IMG/VR virus record: IMGVR_UViG_3300036770_005778
Coordinates: 1 to 64,000 of that record
DNA: 64,000 bases
Source of the DNA: a virus
Reading direction: 5' to 3' (one strand)
This document shows, in pieces, positions 57,810 through 64,000 of the stretch. The position numbers and the translations under genes are program-made. Positions within the stretch are counted from its first letter, which is position 1; each line of letters starts with the position of its first letter. Below the pieces are notes generated by a model. It was not told the DNA's origin. It did not search any database and saw nothing but the letters and a program-made list of their open reading frames with translations.

Positions 57810-60023
57810 TTAATAACCTATGCCTTGTGCTATGCCCGACAGTCTACGAATATCTTCCAATTCTGGTGAAACGCTTTGGATATCCTCACCTTTTGGCTTA
57901 CTGTGATGCTGTACTCGAGCATATGTATCGAGTAGATCTCCAACAAAATCTTCATCGTGCCTTAAAATGTAGCTGGCTCTCTTCTTGCCCAGATCGTTGA
58001 CCATAAATTCATACGCTGCATCAACCACTTCGTCTCCTCGGCCTTTTGCGCTGAGATTCGGATTCATCTTAAATACCCTGCTTGCCAGAGCATAGACATA
58101 ATCTTCATCGTAGAAAGAATCTCCTACATCGTCTGGATCTTCTTCCGGACTCATGTCTCTAATACGATCCCCTTCGTTTTGAACACCGGCTAATTCTTTC
58201 ATCCTAGATAATTCTTGCATTTGTTCTGCACCCTGTTCTTGATGCGGAGCCATACGCTCTACGAACTTACGGGCTACTTGTTCTGCCTGCTCGCCAAACT
58301 TCTTGCCTACCATTGTGCAAACGCTTTCTGGTCCTTTAGGGAATGTGCCTGTGTTGCGATCATAGAATGAAGTGATGTACTCGGCTAATTCTTTAACATC
58401 CATGGCCTGACGCATTCCCTGCTTGGCCAAATGTTTAGCGGTCGATGGTCCGATACCATATTTTCCTGCTTTGGCAGAAGGCGGCTTATCATCTGGATCA
58501 GCATCAAATGGCGTATCATCCTTGTCATCGTCTTTGCTTCGTTGGGTAGGATCGTCGGCGGACATCTGTGGTTCTTCTTCCGGTGCAGTTTGATCACCTC
58601 CTTCGCCTGCTGCCGGCTCATCGACCATATCGCCGAAGTCCAATTGATCTACTACTTCTGGTGCGTTCTGTTCTAGCCAATTTTTTATTAAAGGTCTTAC
58701 ACAACCGTCTGGGTCTGTCTTTGCCTGGTCTTTGATTTCTTTATACAACTGAGGATCTTCTATGATGCCCTTGAGACTCTCGATGGCATTAGAACCGTCC
58801 ACTCCAGCAGGGAAATGTTCCCCTACTAGATCTTGTAACTCTTTAACTGCCTGGCTTTGTTCTTCCGGATCTTGGCTGACTATAGCAGATTCTTCTCCTA
58901 GAGCCATGACCCAGTTTTCGAACCTGTCAAAATAATTATTTTCATCGTGTTCGATTACATCTACTTCATCGTTAACGATATTTTCTTGTGTCATCGCGAC
59001 TATGTCGTCATAGCCTAAGGTATTTTCTTCCTGCATCAACCGGTATATAACAGGAAATACAGATTTGATGTCTTCTTTGAAATTTTTAACTGTGAATTTT
59101 TCAATATATTCTTCTGCTACTTCTTGTGGAACTTCTATTTGTTCTCTAGATTGAAAATTTTCTTTATACGCTTCGTAGTGGCTCTGCTTAGATATTTTTT
59201 GTATAGTTTCTCTTAGATTGTTTAATGCCTGCGTACTACGTTCTACGATACCGTTGGTTTCTGAATTCATTAGATCGTTACGAACGACATAATTTCCAAA
59301 ACTTTTAAGTTGTGCGATTTCTTCGCTCATTTGTATGATGCTTTTACCTAGTTCGTCATACGGTAATCCGCCGTTGGCCACGTGTCTCTGCATAGCGCGG
59401 GCGCCTGCTAGATGGATGAATGGATATTTAAATCTTTCACCGTCTTGGTTTTCTACGAACAGCGCAGATATATGTCTCGTTCTGGCTCCAGGCTGTGTAT
59501 CATCCATCACTGCTTGGCTATGTTTGATAATAAGACGAGTATCCATTAATTTTTGATAACTCATGGTCTTAGTACCATAAAGTGTGCTTTCGTTCATAAC
59601 TTGTTCTCCGACCGGCTGTACGATAGTATTTGATTGTTCTTTGGGTTTGTTATGCTGGCTTAAAAATTCATAATCTCTTTTATCTAAATTGTCTTTAGCG
59701 ATATCTCGAGTATCAAAAGCCATCAGTCTACGTTTGGCAAAAATGCGTAATTCTTTTAGGAATTCGTACCAATGATCTTTTTGCTTGGTGTCCATGCCCT
59801 CCGTGATTCCGGTGCTGAAGTAAACTTTCATCGAATTTTCTTCTGCTAGGCTGATACTAACATGACCTATAGGAGTTTCGCCTTCCATATAATCAAAATC
59901 GAAGAATCTTGCTTCCTCGGGATTGATCGTTAGTTGACCCGATTCGTCACCTAATTTTAATCCACGAAAACGGCTACGCACCTTGTAAAAAAGATCTGTG
60001 GCAATATTATTTGTAGCATTCAT
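57810..60023 (-). CDS. large acidic hypothetical protein, probably virion-associated
   Basis: 737 aa, TAAATA upstream, repeated EL.R...L(A/S)G motifs. Confidence 0.7.
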   Translation of the reverse strand: MNATNNIATDLFYKVRSRFRGLKLGDESGQLTINPEEARFFDFDYMEGETPIGHVSISLAEENSMKVYFSTGITEGMDTKQKDHWYEFLKELRIFAKRRLMAFDTRDIAKDNLDKRDYEFLSQHNKPKEQSNTIVQPVGEQVMNESTLYGTKTMSYQKLMDTRLIIKHSQAVMDDTQPGARTRHISALFVENQDGERFKYPFIHLAGARAMQRHVANGGLPYDELGKSIIQMSEEIAQLKSFGNYVVRNDLMNSETNGIVERSTQALNNLRETIQKISKQSHYEAYKENFQSREQIEVPQEVAEEYIEKFTVKNFKEDIKSVFPVIYRLMQEENTLGYDDIVAMTQENIVNDEVDVIEHDENNYFDRFENWVMALGEESAIVSQDPEEQSQAVKELQDLVGEHFPAGVDGSNAIESLKGIIEDPQLYKEIKDQAKTDPDGCVRPLIKNWLEQNAPEVVDQLDFGDMVDEPAAGEGGDQTAPEEEPQMSADDPTQRSKDDDKDDTPFDADPDDKPPSAKAGKYGIGPSTAKHLAKQGMRQAMDVKELAEYITSFYDRNTGTFPKGPESVCTMVGKKFGEQAEQVARKFVERMAPHQEQGAEQMQELSRMKELAGVQNEGDRIRDMSPEEDPDDVGDSFYDEDYVYALASRVFKMNPNLSAKGRGDEVVDAAYEFMVNDLGKKRASYILRHDEDFVGDLLDTYARVQHHSKPKGEDIQSVSPELEDIRRLSGIAQGIGY

Positions 60024-60034
60024 AAGAGTATTTA

Positions 60035-61621
60035 TCAAAAACCTGTACTGACGAAAATAGGCATAGGCATTTGATCTTCGGTGATCTTATCAGTCATTTT
60101 TTCGTAGATCTTTGGATCCCAATCGGCTAATATAGCAGCCATTCGCAATATCAATAATGTGCTAGATACGAGATCGTCGTTCTCTCCTGTTTTGGCGCCA
60201 AATCCTACGCCATGCGCAACGTAATTTTTTAATTCACTGACCAAAGGTTTGCTGTGTATGCGCATCTTACCAGTTTCTACCATGTGTTTAAATTGGCTGC
60301 AGGCTGCGATTTTCGATTTATGGGTGGTATTAAATCCTTTGCGAAATTTTCGAAAGTGCCCTTTGCGTATTGGTTCGCTAAGGAACAGGCCAGCAAAATT
60401 TTCTTCGCCTATGTTATTAATACAGATTAAAGCACTTTCGCCCACAGTATTATTTTCAACTGAATAATATATCTGCGGATTTCCGCCTCGCTCTTTGCCT
60501 CTAGTAGAGATATAATTACAAATTTCTTTGAGATGTTTGGCTTGATTTTGCACGGGGGTAAGATTGTGATGCCATTCCGCCACCTGTTCCATAGCAGGCA
60601 ATTCAAAAACCTGTATCGCAGAATAATCGCCGCCTGTACCTAAACTAGGATCTAGTGCCACTAGATAGGTGCATCTAGGATCTATATCTTTATACCAACG
60701 AGTCTGCCCCATGATCATATATGGATCATCACCTTTGAGTTCTGCTAATTTAACAGAATTGATCAATGTCTCGTCAAAGATTAAAAATTCGCAATCGAAT
60801 TCTCTACGGAATCGTTCTTCACCGATCTTGGCACGCTCAACGCGAGCCCATTCTTCGTCTCGATCTGGATGTTCGTTCCAATGGGCAAAATATGAAAAGA
60901 AGCCGTTGGTTCCTAGTTTTTGTTCATTACCGTAGTCATCAAACCGATTGTTGGCTTCGGTCCAAATTAATGCGAACTGATCTTCGTCTGAATTAGGTGT
61001 CGATGTGATGATACATTTACCACCTGTTGACAGTGTTGGAGAAAGTGCTGTCCAGAACTCTTTGGCTTTTTCCGGTGGCTGCACGAACGCAAACTCGTCA
61101 CAATAAATTAGAGATAGGGATTTACCACGACCTGTGTTTTCTGTGGTTGTAGTTGCTTGTATACGGCTTCCGTTATCGTATTCGATGGTATTCCTATTAT
61201 ATGAATACACCCCTGCACGGACGAAATCGGGCAAGTTCTCGTAGCCATAGCGATAGCGATTCATGATATCCTGCGCACCTTCATATTTGTGAGCAGCGAT
61301 TAGAACCTGTGCTTCTGGCACGAACATAGTATACCATAACAGATAACCGGTGGCGCAGGTAGTCTTACCCATCTGGCGAGGTAACATAGCGATACACTGT
61401 TTGTTTTCATGATAGGCCTGGATCAAACGTTCTTGATAATCATAGGGATCGAATTTTATCGCTCCGCGAGTAGGGTGTTGTATCTTTAGAAAATTCTTAC
61501 AGAAATATAAAGGTCCAGTCACAGGATCCATGCAGGCTTCGAGATGCTTGACTTCTTCCAGAGTGTATTTCTGGACAGCATGTGCCTTTTTGATCAGTAC
61601 TCCGTCTAATGATTTTGCCAT
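60035..61621 (-). CDS. terminase large subunit (T4 gp17-like)
   Basis: PRQMGKT, DEFAF, ITSTP, LDPS.G.GGDYS, ENN, DDLV. Confidence 0.95.
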   Translation of the reverse strand: MAKSLDGVLIKKAHAVQKYTLEEVKHLEACMDPVTGPLYFCKNFLKIQHPTRGAIKFDPYDYQERLIQAYHENKQCIAMLPRQMGKTTCATGYLLWYTMFVPEAQVLIAAHKYEGAQDIMNRYRYGYENLPDFVRAGVYSYNRNTIEYDNGSRIQATTTTENTGRGKSLSLIYCDEFAFVQPPEKAKEFWTALSPTLSTGGKCIITSTPNSDEDQFALIWTEANNRFDDYGNEQKLGTNGFFSYFAHWNEHPDRDEEWARVERAKIGEERFRREFDCEFLIFDETLINSVKLAELKGDDPYMIMGQTRWYKDIDPRCTYLVALDPSLGTGGDYSAIQVFELPAMEQVAEWHHNLTPVQNQAKHLKEICNYISTRGKERGGNPQIYYSVENNTVGESALICINNIGEENFAGLFLSEPIRKGHFRKFRKGFNTTHKSKIAACSQFKHMVETGKMRIHSKPLVSELKNYVAHGVGFGAKTGENDDLVSSTLLILRMAAILADWDPKIYEKMTDKITEDQMPMPIFVSTGF

Positions 61622-61635
61622 ATAATTATTTACTG

Positions 61636-61663
61636 AAAAAAATAGGCTCTGTAGAGCCTATTT
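61636..61663 (-). terminator. intrinsic terminator
   Basis: AAATAGGCTC..GAGCCTATTT with T-tract on - strand. Confidence 0.7.
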
Positions 61664-61686
61664 GATTATCGCAAGTTGCGAATTTT

Positions 61687-62397
61687 TTAAGATTTCTTTG
61701 CTTCGTTTAATCTCTGTAACAGTTCAGCACGAATTTGTGCTCGAAGGTCACTGCCCTCCATCTTTTGCATAGGATTGTCACCGCCTGCTACTTTAGGAAA
61801 TGTTTTCTTAGGTCTGTTCAGATCGTTACCATCTGGAATAATAGCATCTATTCCTTTATACTCGGAGTCTGAATCGTCCATAGAGTTAGCAAATGCTTCT
61901 TCTTTATCTTTTTTCTTTTCTATATCATGATCATCCATGTCATGATCGCCGTCGTCGTCTTTGTCTAGACTTTTTAGCAGTGGTTTCTCGGAAGCATGAT
62001 CTTTTTCGTGAGGATCTAATTTTCCATCTTTGTTGTAATCGGAATCCATCTCTCCGCCGATCTTGCTGTCATTGTCAGCATCGAAGTCGGGAAGCATTTT
62101 TAATGGCGGCAAACTGGGTTTGATACTCATGATGCTAGGTTCTGGACTCAGTGCGGGCAACGGTGGTAAAGAAGGTTTATCCATGTCTGGATTAACTTTC
62201 GTGACCAATTTCATTAGATCTTCGATGTTCTCCATTCCTTGTGCATTTAAATTAATGCTCATGCTAGGAGGAGCCACTGGTGGATCGTTGGGAGGCGGCA
62301 TCGGAGATCCGCAGCCCATTTCGTCTGTTATTTGTTCTACTGTAGATGCAGGTTTATCTAACTGCTGCATCTTGGCTAATAATTCATGAAAATTCAT
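61687..62397 (-). CDS. low-complexity Pro/Asp-rich protein with EF-hand-like loops
   Basis: DYNKDGKLD, DKDDDGDHDMDD. Confidence 0.65.
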   Translation of the reverse strand: MNFHELLAKMQQLDKPASTVEQITDEMGCGSPMPPPNDPPVAPPSMSINLNAQGMENIEDLMKLVTKVNPDMDKPSLPPLPALSPEPSIMSIKPSLPPLKMLPDFDADNDSKIGGEMDSDYNKDGKLDPHEKDHASEKPLLKSLDKDDDGDHDMDDHDIEKKKDKEEAFANSMDDSDSEYKGIDAIIPDGNDLNRPKKTFPKVAGGDNPMQKMEGSDLRAQIRAELLQRLNEAKKS

Positions 62398-62399
62398 AT

Positions 62400-62966
62400 T
62401 TAACTCCCCATTGGGCTTTTTGTACCTGCTTTATCGATCTTGGCCTTGGGCAGTTTGTATTCGGTCTGTCCCTGATCTTTTTTACGAGCCTTGGCTGATT
62501 TTTCTAGATCTTTTAAAAATGATTTATTAAAATCGTCGCCAAAATAATCCTTATGTTTAACTTTTCCGGTGTTCTTGTCTAAGTCAGTTTCACTGAGTAA
62601 TGCTTCATTTTTGGTATCACTATTTAACATAACCTGATCTTCTTCTGAAGGTTCGCTGCTGCCGCGAACACGGAAACAACCTTCGTCGATGCCCATATGT
62701 TTGATATCTTGAGAAATCTCTGGAGCAGTTATAGGATATTCACAGATCACTTCAAAAATATGCACTTCTTTGTTTTCCATATTTGGAAAATCTAATGGTA
62801 ATTTTTGTATAGGCGTGGTCGTGATTTTTTCAATAGTCATTACTTTACAGCGATCGAGTCTTGTTTTTAATCCCTCCTGAAATTTTTCAGGTAATTCGCC
62901 GGCAATCTTGACTTTGAAACTGTAAACTTTTTGGCTCTCAGTGAGATATTGTTTAAAACTTTTCAT
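62400..62966 (-). CDS. putative head-associated protein
   Basis: MKSFKQYLTE leader like the T4 capsid-targeting sequence; TAAATA upstream. Confidence 0.65.
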   Translation of the reverse strand: MKSFKQYLTESQKVYSFKVKIAGELPEKFQEGLKTRLDRCKVMTIEKITTTPIQKLPLDFPNMENKEVHIFEVICEYPITAPEISQDIKHMGIDEGCFRVRGSSEPSEEDQVMLNSDTKNEALLSETDLDKNTGKVKHKDYFGDDFNKSFLKDLEKSAKARKKDQGQTEYKLPKAKIDKAGTKSPMGS

Positions 62967-62974
62967 ATGTGTAT

Positions 62975-63454
62975 TTATTCCTTGTTGCCTAGTTTTTTCA
63001 ACAACTCGTTTCGATCAGTAATGATGTATCCTTGACCATTAATCACATCATTTGAATCTCCGGTAGAATCTTTATCTATTTTATATTTCTTTAATTGTAG
63101 ATCTACTGCTTTTAACTTTTTCTCAATTTTTGCACTTTTAGCATCTATAGCATTCTTTAACATCGTGCCCGCAACTTCAAAAATCCTACCGCTGTAACGA
63201 ACTTCTACGTTCATACCTAAATCCATTAGATCGTCGTAGGCCTGCTCTGCTTTGCTGGCCAAATTGTCTAACTCTTTGTCGTCTAATTCATCTAATTCCT
63301 TTATCTGAGGCAGTCCTTTGGTAATTTCGCTGACTGCTCGATAACTTTCGTCGAGGCTTTTTACTTCTTGATTTTCCGCGAGAGATTTTGGCACGGTTTC
63401 TTTTTTTGTCGAGGATTCTTCGAGATTTAACAGTTCTTCTAATTTTTTAGTCAT
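62975..63454 (-). CDS. terminase small subunit (T4 gp16-like)
   Basis: RIFEVAGTMLK...LQ.KK helical core; near gp17. Confidence 0.7.
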   Translation of the reverse strand: MTKKLEELLNLEESSTKKETVPKSLAENQEVKSLDESYRAVSEITKGLPQIKELDELDDKELDNLASKAEQAYDDLMDLGMNVEVRYSGRIFEVAGTMLKNAIDAKSAKIEKKLKAVDLQLKKYKIDKDSTGDSNDVINGQGYIITDRNELLKKLGNKE

Positions 63455-63461
63455 AGTGTAC

Positions 63462-63902
63462 TTATTTACGTTTTCCGCCTTGATGGAAAATATCATCTTC
63501 ATTGATAATCCGAAATTTAACGTTCTGTTGGCGGCACCACTTGCTGGCTGCTTCCCATTTGGCCATGTTTTTAATATACTGTTCTTGATTGTAAAGACTT
63601 TTGCCTACTCGCTCTAGAATCATTTGATTGCTGGGCTTGACTTCCACCACTTCGGCGTGTTTTTTTCCGCCTTTGTCTTTGTAAACTATAAAAAAATCAG
63701 GGACATATATGGTATATTTTCCGCTCAGAGGATCTCTGTAAGGAATCTGTATGCTTTCGCTAGCCCAATTTTCTACGCCGGGGTGCTCATCTAACATCCT
63801 CATGAAAACAAATTCCCACGAACTGCGAGCCAACGGAGTCTTTTTCCCTACATACTTGTCGGGATTTTTCATCTCAAATCGTCCTTGCGCAAACTTAGCC
63901 AT
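63462..63902 (-). CDS. head-completion nuclease (T4 gp4-like, TnsA-type)
   Basis: NPDKY.G, RSSWE, WASE, YVPDF, EVKP, KWEAA. Confidence 0.9.
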   Translation of the reverse strand: MAKFAQGRFEMKNPDKYVGKKTPLARSSWEFVFMRMLDEHPGVENWASESIQIPYRDPLSGKYTIYVPDFFIVYKDKGGKKHAEVVEVKPSNQMILERVGKSLYNQEQYIKNMAKWEAASKWCRQQNVKFRIINEDDIFHQGGKRK

Positions 63903-64000
63903 CAAGCAAAAATATTTCTAGTTTGATTTTGTTTTTCGACGGAAGTTATTTTATAACCAAGCACACTGGTCGCATTTCTATTATTGTTTAATATTTCTGC
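63902..64000 (-). CDS. C-terminus of hypothetical protein (partial)
   Basis: Manual: ...AEILNNNRNATSVLGYK...RNIFA*. Confidence 0.5.
   Translation of the reverse strand, partial: AEILNNNRNATSVLGYKITSVEKQNQTRNIFA

Noticed and set aside
27636-61621. Inteins or introns in helicase, UvsX, UvsW or terminase
   Set aside because: Lengths are normal and the motifs are contiguous.
61687-62397. True EF-hand calcium sensor
   Set aside because: The DxDxDG-like loops lie in a low-complexity acidic region without clear flanking helices.

Overview
This is a 64-kb segment of a large lytic T4-like myovirus of unknown bacterial host; there is no integrase, CRISPR array or IS element. (1) 1-3.6 kb: small late genes and two 2OG-Fe(II) oxygenases. 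(2) 4.1-20.7 kb: a + strand early region with three tRNAs and about 45 mostly small genes behind 25 near-identical sigma70-type promoters; 19 of these leaders share the unusual RBS GGAGCG. (3) 20.8-27.6 kb: accessory genes (SGNH-like proteins, YccA/BI-1, a nucleotidyltransferase). (4) 27.6-39.8 kb: replication genes (gp41 helicase, gp61 primase, a 191-aa minimal DnaE, gp62-like, UvsW) plus a half carbamoyltransferase. (5) 39.8-54.9 kb: a glycosylation/methylation island. (6) 54.9-64 kb: UvsY, UvsX, gp32, terminase gp17/gp16 and gp4. Three unexplained signals stand out. First, a sharply bounded 1,138-bp three-gene island (17188-18325) has no TC or CC dinucleotide on the + strand (no GA/GG on the template strand) and encodes proline-free proteins, in a window otherwise rich in GATC. 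Second, two 3'-UTR hairpins display the identical loop AUUCGCUCC, which is the complement of the shared early RBS. Third, late TAAATA promoters give near-leaderless mRNAs that would escape such an anti-SD RNA. All functional interpretations are inferences from sequence alone.
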